Of a stretch of DNA of 64,000 nucleotides, positions 26,728-39,850 are shown piece by piece (the first letter of the stretch is position 1; every line of letters starts with the position of its first letter). Under the pieces are notes generated by a model that saw only the letters and a list, made by a program, of their open reading frames with translations, ran no database searches and had not been told where the DNA came from. This stretch comes from Octopus sinensis (lineage: Eukaryota), in NCBI RefSeq assembly GCF_006345805.1, contig NC_043000.1:48050001-48114000 (forward strand), in the 5' to 3' direction. The position numbers and the translations under genes are program-made.

Positions 26728-27862
26728 CATATACATATGAGTGCATATACTCACACTCCTATACACATAAAAATATACATATACATAATAATGTAAATAA
26801 ATAATATAAATTAGTAAACATATATATGTTCCACATTCAACGTTTCAGTTCTTCAACTTAATATTGTGATAATAAACATACATATATATATATATATGCA
26901 CATACATAAGAAGTTACTTTCAGTTTCCACCCACCAAATCTACTCCTGAGATTTTAGTTGACCTGTGGCTATAGTAGAAGATACTTGCCTGTGTGTGATG
27001 CAGTTTCTTACCACACAGCCACCTATAATTATCTTTTATGCTATGAGACACAGTGAAACATATGCACCAGTTGCCATTATAGAAAAATAGACAGTAAATG
27101 ATAATTGTGATGATGTTGATGAGGGTGATGATAGTGATATGATAAATACTGAATAAGTTAGTGACCAAGAAATATGTGTAGAAAGCAGCAAATTAAATAT
27201 ATTTTACATTCCATATATTCTCGTTGTTATCTATTAGCTTATCAACAATGAGGCAACTGAAATATATAAATATCTGCTCACACACCCATGCACGCATGCA
27301 CCCACGCAGACACACACTCACACATACACATATTCATACATACATGTCGAGTTTACACACATCTTGTTCTCAACTAGTGTGTATTGGCAGCGCTTTAGGG
27401 CTTTGTATGAAAATTCATAAAAATTATATTGTGAGGTGATTGTTTGCTAGCAATAAAAATGTGTTTTTAAGAGTACACACAATGCTTCAAGTAATATAGA
27501 TCTGTTTTACATGAGATGAAACATATCTTCTATCAAGCTGAAAAGTAGAAAAAAGACTAAGTTACTATACAAAATAAAGTATTAAAAACAATAATGATAG
27601 CACCAAGAGACTTTCTAATACAGAGAGTATAAACATGTGCATAATATCTATTGATGTGAGTGTGTGTGTATGAGTGTGCATGTTTATATATGTTTTTGTA
27701 TGTATATATATATATGAGTGTATATATGTGTCTGTAAATATCTATCGCATGTGGTGTTTGTTAATGAGAGTAAGCTTCATTCAACACACAATACATAATA
27801 AGGATATATATATATATATGTATACATATGTGTATATACACACACACACACACATTCATATA

Positions 27863-28101
27863 CAGGGTGTGGTGAATAAACTGTCGTCTAAATTAGGCGA
27901 AAATGAAAATAACACTGACGTCTCATTTTAACAGATTTATTTACCAAAATTACATAAAAATATTTTGAAATAGTAAAAAATAAATTTATTCAATAAAATC
28001 GTCACTGGTTTCAACCATGACTTTGGAATCTTGTACATCTCTTTTGGATGGTCTCTTTATTTAAGTTGGTGAAGGCTGCCATAATCCTTGCCTTCAGTTT
28101 T
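27863..28101 (-). mobile_element. Tc1/mariner DNA transposon 3' end with TIR
   Basis: TA|CAGGGTGTGGTGAATAAA terminus at 27861-27880. Minus frame LKARIMAAFTNLNKETIQKRCTRFQS...DDFIE* matches a mariner-like transposase C-terminus. Confidence 0.8.
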
Positions 28102-28773
28102 CATATATATATATCTATATATATTTATCTATATATATATATATATATATATGCATGTATTTGTATGTAAGTGTGTATATATAAGTAGATGTACATATGT
28201 ATGTGTATGTGTGTGGGGGGCACATTAGACAAAAAAAACACATGCACATCTATATAGGGAGAGAAAGTGAGTTGTAGATATACAACAGACAGACATAGAT
28301 AGATAGATAGATACACATGGTATGGCTATGCACTTAAGAAATCTGCTCACTCCAAATGTGTGGTTTCAAGTTCAATCTCACTGTATGGTACCTTCAACAA
28401 AATCTTGTACAATAGTCCTTTGCTGACTTATGTCATCTCAGTGAATTCACTTGACAGAAACTGAAAAGACTTCAATATGTTTGTGTGTGAGAACAGGGAT
28501 GTATTTTTGTGCCTCTATGCCTAGACATCAATCACTAAATATAAACAAGTGTTACCTGACAGACAGACAAGTGATGGCCTGCGTTTCCAGTCTTCCATAT
28601 AAACATGTCTGGTCACGAATAAATATTTCCTTGGTTTGAAGTAGCAGAGAATGGCAACAGGAAGGGTAATTGGGCCAAAGCAAATCTGTCTCAATGAATT
28701 TCGTCCTACCCATATCAGCATGGAACAGGAGATGTAAAAGTAACAATACTGATGATGATGATGATATATAAGA

Positions 28774-29098
28774 GGCACTTCATTGGTTACGATGATGTGG
28801 GTTCCAGTTGATCTGATCAATGGAACAGCTTGCTTGTGATATGAACATAAAAGTGGCTGAGTACTCCAGTGACACTAGTACTCTTAATGTAATTCTCAGG
28901 AAGATTCAGCATGATTCGTACTGTGAAAAGATTGACCCTACTGAATTACAGGTACAACTCACTTTTTGCAACCAAGTGAACTGGAGGAACATGAAATAAA
29001 ATGTCTTGCTTGAAGACACGATGCACTGCCAGGAATTGAAACCACGGCCTTATGATTGTGAGCCGAATACCCCAAACCAGTAGGCCACCTACCTTCAC
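28774..29098 (-). mobile_element. SINE family D copy
   Basis: Reverse complement of 49629-49952. Confidence 0.8.
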
Positions 29099-29203
29099 TG
29101 ATGATATGCTCACACACATACACAGAATGTCATATTTTGACATTCATATGTACCTATATCTGAGACTAAGATTAGTAAAAATCTAACTAAACCAAAATAA
29201 AAT

Positions 29204-29437
29204 ATCTTTCTTCATTGCCCACAAGGGGCTAAACATAGCAGGGGACAAAGAAGGACGAACAAAGGGATTAAGTCGATTACATCGACCCCAGTGCATAACT
29301 GGTACTTATTTAATCGACCCCGAAAGAATGAAAAGCAAAGTCAACCACGGCGGGATTTGAACTCAGAACATAATGACAGATGAAATACGGCTAAGAATTT
29401 TGCCCGGCATGCTAACGTTTCTGCCAGCTCGCCACCT
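29204..29437 (-). mobile_element. SINE family A full-length copy
   Basis: Reverse complement of the family A consensus. Confidence 0.9.
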
Positions 29438-29532
29438 TGATAACCAAAATAAAATATATCATTAATCTCTACCTTGGGATTGAGGTATTGAGTATCCTTT
29501 TATCTTCAACAGTTTAACAATATACACACACT

Positions 29533-29571
<39 letters not shown>

Positions 29572-29627
29572 GTATGTATATGTGCATGTATGTAAATTTG
29601 AGAGAAAGGAAATAGAATTCTCAAGAA

Positions 29628-29695
29628 TCTTTATTATTCACTACGATCATTTCGACCTGTCGTGCAATGGTGTCTTGTGAGTGAGATACTGTACA
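29628..29695 (-). ncRNA. Decayed hammerhead ribozyme motif
   Basis: Minus strand reads CAGTATCTCAC-TCACAAGA-CACC...AGGTC-GAAA-T-GATC-GTA-GTGA-ATAATAAA. Shares the CAGTATCTCAC leader with the 19681 copy; the 5' core is degenerate. Confidence 0.5.
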
Positions 29696-30597
29696 AATAG
29701 TTGTGGGGCATACTACATGATATATACCTGAATACAAAATTATTACTTGTGTGTGTGTGTGTGTGTGTGTGTATATAATCAACATCATATATATATATGT
29801 GCGTATATATATATATATATATATATTTATACAGAGAAAGAGATATTTACATTCCTATAAAACATACATACATGCATATATATACATACATATATACACA
29901 CTTTCATGCATACACACACACACACATTTATATTGCTAACAGACACATACATGAAATAAGTCAATTAGTTTATCTATGAGCTGATCAATAATTTTGCATG
30001 CATGGACAGTTATTGTTAAGTGACCAATGCACAATGTGACTGTATGTATAATGCAATCTATCAGCACTGTTCAGACAATCATTTATTTACTTATTATTAT
30101 TATTATCATTATTATTATTATTATTACTATTATTATTATAATCATCATTATTATTATTTTCGTTAGGTTTGGCTTGGTATGGTTTTTCCTCCTTTAGCAT
30201 GAAGTTCTTATATCTCATGCAAAACTGACAACTTGCTGGACAATATATAAATCTTGTATCTTATTGTAAAACTGATTTGTGAGATAAAGATGTTTGTCAT
30301 TATACCTATGCAAACAAATATCTATATCTTCAGTATCATTGCATAGCTGTGTTTTTCTTTATTTTTTTTTGCATTTTTTTAATGTTTTTTTTTCTTTTAT
30401 ATCATTCTTTTGTCTTTGCCCAAATATTGCCAAACACATTCACCCTACCACACACATACCTGCCACCCTCCACTGCATGCAACACACTGAGAAATCATGG
30501 ATTATATTCAAATGCACTTATATGCCTACTCCATACACATCACTAAGTTTTGCAGTGCAGTATTACAGACAACTCATAGATATACTAGATTTACAAG

Positions 30598-30599
<2 letters not shown>

Positions 30600-30652
<53 letters not shown>

Positions 30653-30975
30653 TTACGCACACAAAAACACATATAAATACATACAGGCATACACATACCC
30701 ATGCATATATATATGTGTATATATATTTATATAAATATATATATATATATAAGCATGTATGTATATGTGAGTATATATGCATATATATATATATGTATAT
30801 ATATGTGTGTGTGCGTGTATATATATATATATGTATATATGTATGTATATGTATGTATATATGTATATATGTGCATATATATGTATATATGTGCATATAT
30901 ATGTATATATGTGTATATATATGTATGTATATGTACGTATATATGTGCATATATGTGTATGTATATGCATATATG

Positions 30976-31039
<64 letters not shown>

Positions 31040-31050
31040 ATATATGAATG
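30600..31050. repeat. Compound (TG)n/(TA)n microsatellite
   Basis: Direct reading. Comparable tracts at about 3160-3440, 37430-37720, 43600-43970 and 48483-48725. Confidence 0.95.
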
Positions 31051-32252
31051 TATGCATTTATGAATATAGACACATTTGAAATCTCTAATTTTTCTCTTCC
31101 ACATTCAATATTGAAACAGTTTTACAAATAAAGCATGTAAATTCATTGTTAATATATTGGACTTCTAATAACATACACATATATGCATGGGTACACTTAC
31201 ACATATACACACACGTGTTTGTGTGCATGCTTGCATGCAAACCACACTATACTCACAAATACGCAGAAATAGAAGCACATACGCACACATTCAAGCAAAC
31301 AATGGAAGTGAATGCAACATAATTGAAGCTTTTAATTACAAAACTGATTTCTTGCTGATGCCAAATATTGGAACCTCTGAAAACATGAGTGAAAAAAGGA
31401 AATGAAGCTTTACATGGTTGCACAACCTGCTGGAATCCGTAGCCAAATCACCTTAAAATTGCGAAACTTTGGGTCCTCTATATGTTTCCTGTGACTATAG
31501 ATCTGCAAACGGAAAGTTAATTTCCATGGTGTTGGCGTTTTCAAGATTTGGTTTATAAAAGACCAGCAGTTGTCATTTTCATACAAATCTCCAATCTTCT
31601 TAGCACCGAGTTTGCACAAGGAAACACAAGAGTTTGGCACCAGTGTTATTGTAGGTATTGCCATGAAAACACAAAGACCTGAAGCATATACTACAATGCT
31701 TCCTGTTCAACACTCTAGACAAACTTACCATTCTGTCTCCTCAACTGGAACTGTTTTGGCAAAAAATGTACCCTTTTGCCAAGTTATAACAAAAAGTTAG
31801 TGAAATATTTAAAATGTTTACAGTTGGATAGATAGACAAATAGGACAAAATAATTTGACAAAAAATGCGAATTTTTAATTATTTTCTGAGATTTTACAAA
31901 AACAACAAGAATATTATTAAAAAAAAGCAAAAATATTTTTAAAGGATGGAAAACAGATTGAACTCAGGTGGATTTGAACTTCAAAGTATGGTGAACTATG
32001 ATAAAAGCTTCACCACCTAGCTCTTGATATTTACCTGCATGAAACTGGTTTTGATTCTGTGGTACAAACCTCCTGTTTTATGTGATCTAAATTAAAATTT
32101 TCCATGAAAATTCTATGCTTCATCTTCCAGCAACAAATGACAAAGTCACTTAACTAAATTCTTCATTATTTTTCAAAATTAACAGAAACCAATCAACATA
32201 TTTCAACATAAATATAATGAAAGGAATGAAACAAATGGATGACTCAAAGAAG

Positions 32253-32291
<39 letters not shown>

Positions 32292-32301
32292 ATATATGTA
32301 T

Positions 32302-32700
32302 GCAGGAGTGGCTGTGTGGTAAGTAGTTTGCTTACTAACTACATGGTTCAGGGTTCAGTCCCACTGTGTGGAACCTTGGGCAAATGTCTTCTACTATAGC
32401 CTTGGGCCAACCAAAGCCTTCTGAGTGGATTTGGTAGACGGAAACTGAAAGAATCCTGTTGTATATGTGTGTGTGTGTGTATGTGTGTATATGTTCGTGT
32501 GTCTGTGTTAATCCCCCCAACATCGCTTAACAACTGATGCTGGTATGTTTACATCCCTGTAATTTAGCTGTTCTGCAAAAGAGACTCATAGAATAAGTAA
32601 TAGGCTTACAAAGGTCAAGTCCCGAGGTTGATTTGCTCGGCTAAAGGTGGTGCTCCAGCATGGCCACATTCAAATTACTGTAACAAGTAAAATAATAAAA
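32302..32700 (+). mobile_element. SINE family B copy
   Basis: Homologous to 37046-37422. Confidence 0.9.
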
Positions 32701-32709
32701 GAATATATA

Positions 32710-33035
32710 TATTCTTTTATTTGTTTCAGTCATACTGGAGCACTGCCTTTAGTCGACCAAATTGAACCCAGTACACTTTTGCTGAACCGCTAAGTTACGG
32801 GGATGTAAACACACCAGCATCAGTTGTCAAGCAATGTTGGGGAGACAAGCACAGACCCACAAACATAAATATTTATATACGACGGGCTTCTTTCAGATTC
32901 CATCTACCAAATCCACTCACTAGGCTTTGGTCAACCAGAGGCTATAGAAGAAGACACTTACCCAAGGTGCCACACAGTGGGACTGAACCCGGAAACATGT
33001 GGTTGGAAAGCAAGCTATTTACCACACAGCCACAC
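32710..33035 (-). mobile_element. SINE family B copy, tail-to-tail with 32302-32700
   Basis: Reverse complement of family B, with an internal deletion. Confidence 0.85.
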
Positions 33036-33335
33036 CTGTATGTAATAATCAGTAACTTATTAAACAAAGTTCAACAATTCCTTTTTATGAAATTAAGGAG
33101 ATTGGATGTGAAAATGGATTATAGTTTTCATTTTTCATATTCCAATCTCCTTTATTTCATAAATATGAATGGATTTCTTGAACTTTGTTTAATAAATTAA
33201 GTTATATATGATTATTACAATACGAGCTTTCGTACCTATATGACTTTATAAAATAATTCGAAAGTAAAGTATGAAGAAAAGATAGAAATCTAAGAAAAAA
33301 TTTCCAGTTAACAGACGATCATACATTCATCCCAT

Positions 33336-33393
<58 letters not shown>

Positions 33394-33468
33394 TGTATGT
33401 ATGTAGTATGTATGTATGTATGTATGTATGTATGTATGTATGATGTATGTATGTATGTATGTATGATA

Positions 33469-34045
33469 CTGATTACAAATATCTTGTGTCATACACATCA
33501 TCATCTGGAAAAGAATTTCTAACTAGAAAGGGTATGGCCTGGTCAGCCTGTAATGATATGCATAAGATCTGGTCATCAAATCTAAGTAGAGACTTCAAAC
33601 TTGAAATCTTCAAAGCCACAGTCGAACCAAATCTACTATTTGGCTCAGAAACCTGGACGTTATCAAAGAAGCTTGAGAGGTGGTTGGATGGAACCTATGC
33701 TCACCTCCTTATGAGAGCTCAAAATCTCTCGTGAAAGCGTCATTCAAACAAAATGCAAATATATGGGAAACTACCACCTGTGTCATCTCTTGTGAAAGGT
33801 AGGAGAGTCCAGTTTGCTGGACATTGTTGAAGAGCTGAAAACGAGGCAATTTCTACTCTTCTCCTCTGGAAGCCATCTACTAGCTATACCAGAGGGCGCA
33901 CACTCTCCTATCCTGATGTAATCTCCAGGGATACAGGCATCCAGCAACAGGACCTCCGTAATGCTATGATGGACTGTGAAGCCTGATGTAGCATGGTAAA
34001 TTCCATTGTCTCGACCACGGTCGAACAATGATGATGATGATGATG
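33469..34045 (+). mobile_element. 5'-truncated RTE-clade LINE with (TGA)n tail, pseudogenized
   Basis: DYKYLVSY..KEFLTRKGMAWSACNDMHKIW..IFKATVEPNLLFGSETWTLSKK..RRVQFAGHC..RGRTLSYPDVISRDTG. Internal TGA stops; ends in ATGATGATGATG. Confidence 0.9.
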
Positions 34046-34600
34046 TATATATATATATGTACGTATCTATTTATATATGTATGAGTGTATGTATGTGTGT
34101 GTGTTTTTGTGTGTGAGTGTGCATGCTCTTGTGGTTAGAATGTTGCGCTCACAATCACAAAATCATGGTTTCAGTTCCTGGACTAAATGGTGGGTTCAGT
34201 TCTTGATCAAAACACTTCATCACACATTGCTCTGCAATCACTTCAAAACTTTATTTATGGTACACCCTGAACCTTTCCATGCAACATTAATAGAAGGTGA
34301 CTTAGATAGATCGATAGATGGATGGATTGATACATAGATAGATAAGTAGACAGATAGGTATGTCGGTAAGTAGACAAACAGAGAGACGAACAGATAGATA
34401 GATAGATATTTAGGTAGGTAGATAGATAACTTTCTTTATTGGTCTCACTGGGCTGAACACAGAGGGGACAAATAGAAATGTAGAGCTTTTCTTTTTGAAG
34501 ATGGAAAAAGAAAAAGGAAAAAAAAAGGAAACAAATGTAAAATTCAGTAGGTAGGTAGATAGATAGATAGATAAACAGATAGACATACAGATAGATATAA

Positions 34601-35014
34601 GGTGGCGAGCTGGCAGAAACGTTAGCATGCCAGGCGAAATGCTTAGCGGTATTTCGTCTGCCACTACATTCTGAGTTCAAATTCTGCCGAGGTCGACTTT
34701 GCCTTTCATCCTTTCGGGGTTGATTAAATAAGTACCAGTTACGCACTGGGGTCGATGTAATCGACTTAATACCTATGTCTGTCTTTGTTTGTCCCCTCTA
34801 TGTTTAGCCCCTTGCGGGTAATAAAGAAATAGGTATTTCGTCTGCTTCTACGTTCTGAGTTCAAATTCCACTGAGGTTGACTTTGCCTTTCATCCTTTCA
34901 GGGTTGATTAAATAAGTAGCAGTTACGTACAGGGGTCGATCTAATTGATTTAATCTTTTTGTCTATCTTTGTTTGTCTCCTCTGTGTGTAGCCCCTTGTG
35001 GGCAGTAAAGAAAT
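34601..35014 (+). mobile_element. SINE family A, full copy plus tandem partial duplicate
   Basis: Full copy 34601-34831; second 5'-truncated, more CpG-decayed copy 34832-35014. Confidence 0.9.
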
Positions 35015-35246
35015 AAGATAGACATAGACAGACTGATAGATAGATAGAGAGATGAATCATACTTATTTGAGTACAATCTGATCTTCAATATAATGTGGCA
35101 CCCATCTTTTTACTTAAAAATCAGTAATATATTGAATTCTTTTCTCTTTTATTTTCCCTTTTTGCACTCAGGTGTCATTTGACCCCTATGTTTTGTATTA
35201 AATTTTCTGCATTAATACAGCCTTATATATAATTTCTCTCTCTCTC

Positions 35247-35282
<36 letters not shown>

Positions 35283-35287
<5 letters not shown>

Positions 35288-35482
35288 ATACTAAGTAATT
35301 AAGGGTTTAGCAACGATTTGCCTCACCACACACCGAATTTAGAAATAGCAGTCAAAGAGTTTTGGCTATTCTTTCTACTTAAAAGGGAGATCCCAGTAAA
35401 ACCACAGCACTTAAAAGGCAAACAACGCAGGCAAAAGAGAAAGAAATGACGACAATCATTCTATATTAAGTCACCTACGGAT
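35283..35482 (-). mobile_element. Fragment of the same Penelope-like repeat family as 47045-47410
   Basis: Reverse complement aligns by eye to about 47127-47310 (e.g. CTGGGATCTCCCTTTTAAGTAGAAAGAATAGC vs CTGGGAGTCCCTTTTTAAAGTAGAAGAAATAGC). Confidence 0.6.
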
Positions 35483-35866
35483 GTATGTATATATATATAT
35501 ATATACATACATTATATATACATATATATACATCTATAAACTATTTTCCTACCAATTTACCTACTCTACCAACAAATGTGTATGCATATTTACATACGTG
35601 TGTATAGGTACATATATGTATATATATGTATGTGTATGCATATAGATATGTATATATGCATGTGCATGTGTGTATATATATATATGTACATATATATATA
35701 TAAGTGTGTGTGTGTGTATATATATATATACATCTATGTATATCTATGTATATGTATGTATATTTATATATATATATATATGATTTCAACAATTGAGGGT
35801 AAAATTAATTAATTAATCAATTTCACCAAGTGTTCAGTATGCAAAGGGACCATTTAAGGCGAATTC

Positions 35867-36182
35867 AAATTATTACATTATATAAAAGGGCTTAGTAAAA
35901 TAAGTTACTTTGCCGCATACTGAACTCATTAGAAATAGCAGCTAAAAAAATCATTTATAAAACTATTTCTAATACTTAAAGAAAACCTCTCTCATATAGT
36001 GCTTGCTCAATTCAATTCAACATACTTCCGTGAGTTGAATTGAGCAAGCACAATATGAGAGAGGTTTTCTTTAAGTATTAGAAATAGTTTTATAAATGTT
36101 TTTTTAGCTGCTATTTCTAATGAGTTCAGTATGCGGCAAAGTAACTTATTTTACTAAGCCCTTTTATATAATGTAATAATTT
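35867..36182. repeat. Long near-perfect palindrome (~153-bp arms, 11-nt loop)
   Basis: Arms 35867-36019 and 36031-36182 are reverse complements with about 2 mismatches and one 1-nt indel; loop ACATACTTCCG. Confidence 0.95.
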
Positions 36183-36243
36183 ATATATATATATGTATAT
36201 TTATATATATATATATGTGTATATATATATATATGTGTGTGTG

Positions 36244-36278
<35 letters not shown>

Positions 36279-37045
36279 CACGTACGTAAGCAAATTTACA
36301 GCATTGCCTTAGATATGGTGGTTAAAAGAAGAAAATATAGAACAAAGAACACAGGCACACATACAATCACATACACTCATATCTATGTATCTACTAGAGA
36401 GAGGCTGCAAATATGAGTACTAATAAAGGCAGAGAAGGAGGAGGGGAGAGAGAGAGAAAGAAAGAAAGAGAGTGGGTGAGTGAGTGGGAGAAGGTGAATA
36501 GTGGTGCATCTTCTGGCTACCTAAGAGACAGAGGGGAAGCAAGTGTTTTAACAAAGCCTTTACAATAGATGCTCATTTCATTATACTCCATTCACTTCAT
36601 ACTCCCATACTACCATACATACATATATGAATACTATAACAATAGCTAGTATTGCTATGAAGAAGATGGTTACAGGCATAGCTGATAGTAGAGACAACAA
36701 AACTATCTTACTATCAAATTGCTGTACAAATTACCCACACACACACACACACATCTGCCAGCATGTACAATCATGCACACATTGGCATATATACTTGTGT
36801 TTACAGTCATATATCTAGATATATGCAAATACAGTTTAGTTCATTAGTTCTTTATTTGTAATAACTACCATGTCTAAACATATTTATTTATACACAAAAA
36901 TGTGCATACATGAATACACATATAATATCTGTCCACGCATGTGTGTATGTGTATATAGACACACACACACGTGTGTGTGTGAGTATATATATATAGAGAG
37001 AGAGAGAGTGAAACAGAGATCATATATAATATATAAATATATATA

Positions 37046-37178
37046 GGCGCAGGAGTGGCTGTGTGGTAAGTAGCTTGTTTACCAACCACATGGTTCCGGG
37101 TTCAGTCCCACTGTGTGGCACCTTGGGCAAGTGTCTTCTACTATAGCCTCGGGCTGACCGGAAACTGAAAGAAGCCCG

Positions 37179-37222
<44 letters not shown>

Positions 37223-37422
37223 GTGTGTGTCTGTGTTTGCCCCCCTAGCATTGCTTGACAACCGATGCTGGTGTGTTTATGTCCCCGTTACTTAGCGGTT
37301 CGGCAAAAAGACACCGATAGAATAAGTCCTGGGCTTACAAAAGAATAAGTCCCGGTGTCGAGTTGCTCGATTAAAGGCGATGCTCCAGCATGGCCGCAGT
37401 CAAATGACTGACACAAGTACAA
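37046..37422 (+). mobile_element. tRNA-derived SINE, family B, young copy with internal (TA/TG)n
   Basis: A box TGGCTGTGTGGT, B box GGTTCAGTCCC, internal microsatellite, tail CAAATGACTG..CAAGTA. Confidence 0.9.
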
Positions 37423-37651
37423 AAAAAAAATATACATATATATATATATATATATACATACATACATATACATATATACATATATATATATACATACATA
37501 TATATATATATATATATACATAAATATATATATACATACATATATATATATACATATATATATACATACATATATATATACAATATATATATACATATAT
37601 ATATATTATATACATATATATATATACATACATATATATATATACACATAC

Positions 37652-37722
<71 letters not shown>

Positions 37723-37911
37723 CATACATACATATATGTGCATGCCCCTTGCAGAGCTTGACCTCTTCTTGTACCTATAATTGCCCTTTCTTAGCATGAG
37801 ATCTTAAATGACTTTTGATTCCTAAACTTTATTTGAAGAGCTGATCATATCTCCTGCAGCAGTATCTCATTTCACACATACAGATATGTGTAATATATAT
37901 ATAATTATATA

Positions 37912-37956
<45 letters not shown>

Positions 37957-38485
37957 GAGTACACTCGCAAAAACATATACATATTTAATATATATGTATA
38001 GTGTATGTGTGGAGTTTGCTGTGTAAGCCTGACTGTTTAAAATGCATGACCACATGCCTCTGAGGTTGAGACCACCATTCAGCACTTTGATCATGTGTCT
38101 TCCATGATAGATTTGGGAGGTGTATGCTATACTGAAGATCATTTAAGTCTCTCTCTCTCTCTCTCTCGGTTTGCTGAGTGTCTTTCCAAGATAATGCAAA
38201 TAAATAAGAAGTGTTACAGATCAACACATTTTTTATAATTACAGTCATTTATACAGCGTATTTAATGTAAACCTCTGTCCAACATGTTTTGAGATAACCA
38301 CGCAGCAGAAACGGATGTCAGACTGAGGTTTAAATAAAATAACTGTAATAATAAAAATGAGTCAAGATATAATTCTTCTTATTTATTTGAATTGTCTCAT
38401 ATATATATATATATATATAGATATATATATATATATATTATATATATAGATCAAAATAAAATAAAAACATGATGCGAAGGATTCA

Positions 38486-38563
38486 GTGGTACATATGTTT
38501 CGGGCCTTTATTAGACAGATTTATAACAATGCATATGTATGTCCTGTGGCCTTCTTCAGCCGC
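38486..38563 (-). ncRNA. Type I hammerhead ribozyme motif, intact core with extra A after A9
   Basis: Minus strand reads GCGG-CTGAAGA-A-GGCC...GGCCC-GAAA-C-ATAT-GTA-CCAC. Palindromic CATATG helix III; helix I GCGG/CCAC has one mismatch. Confidence 0.75.
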
Positions 38564-38734
38564 GCACACAGCTTCCACAAGGACATGTGTTACATCAAAA
38601 ATTCTTGGTTGGGGATGCAAATCCTCTCATTCGCGTACGACATAATGCGGCAATATACATATATATATATATATATATATTATATAGGGCGGTGCCCCAT
38701 ATGGCTATCCGATGGCTATATATAAAAGAGTAAA

Positions 38735-38814
<80 letters not shown>

Positions 38815-38833
38815 ATTATATATATAATAATAT

Positions 38834-38876
<43 letters not shown>

Positions 38877-39109
38877 GGTTAAAGTAGTGATGAAAGGCAA
38901 ACAATTTGGCAAGGCATAGCATGGACATTTAATTTCATTTAATTCAATCTAAATTTAGCTACATAATGAACAGTAAGAAATAAAATATTGCACTCAGAAT
39001 GCATATCTACTAGTTTGAGTCACCCATCTATCCATCCATGTATCTAATCCATTTATCTGTCTATCTATCTATCTATCTATCTATCCCATATTGCGTTGTC
39101 CTTCTTTTA

Positions 39110-39850
39110 CTGACCCACTGGTTAGTTTCCCTACTTCACTCATGAAATATGTTCATAATCTCACCAACAATAAGGTCAACTGTAGGTTTGGAATGGTTTG
39201 CAGTGGGGAGCTCCTGACTTTCCTAGTGTGAGGCATCTCTCTCGACTTTGCACCAAGGAGGGATCAGAAATTATATTAGCTAGCAGTAACTGTTTACTTG
39301 ATAAACATAACAAAATTGGGATGCTTTGTTCCCACAGGAAGCCTTGGACCTCGTAACACTACTGATTGGATCATAACCAAAACTACAATGAAATAGGCTA
39401 GTGTTTGGCTCATACACAGTGTGTTATGGTGCTATCTTTTCCTTCATACTCTTGTATTGTTACACCAGCAAAATGATAAATTGTGTCCTGTATCTTACAC
39501 TGGAATACCTCATTCATCTATTTCCTGCATTTGAACCTCGATCAAAATATCTAGCAGTATATGTTTCTTGCTCTTCCGATATTTAAGACTTCTTAGCAGA
39601 ATATTGAATAATTCAACCACCATTATCAATCCTTTTGCCCATAATATATGGATCCTCCAATACTTCAAATGACTTGGATATTGACTTCTCCGAGTATTGC
39701 AATGCTTACTTCAACGATTTTGCAGCATGCATGAATACACTGAGGATAACTTGTAACAAGGGATGGAGTTTATGCGAATCCTTATTATACCTTGTTGTCT
39801 TGTACAATCAACTTGGTGAACTCGCTGTTGCACATTGCAGTATCAAAGGG
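39110..39850 (-). mobile_element. Very old LINE remnant (RTE-like RT C-terminal region)
   Basis: Complex non-microsatellite sequence with only weak minus-strand resemblance to RTE thumb motifs; stops in all frames. Confidence 0.35.

Noticed and set aside
33205-33240. Minus-strand CGAAA-GCTC-GTA-TTGTAATAA hammerhead 3' half
   Set aside because: No CUGANGA or helix I partner found, and the loop is not palindromic as written; too decayed to support.
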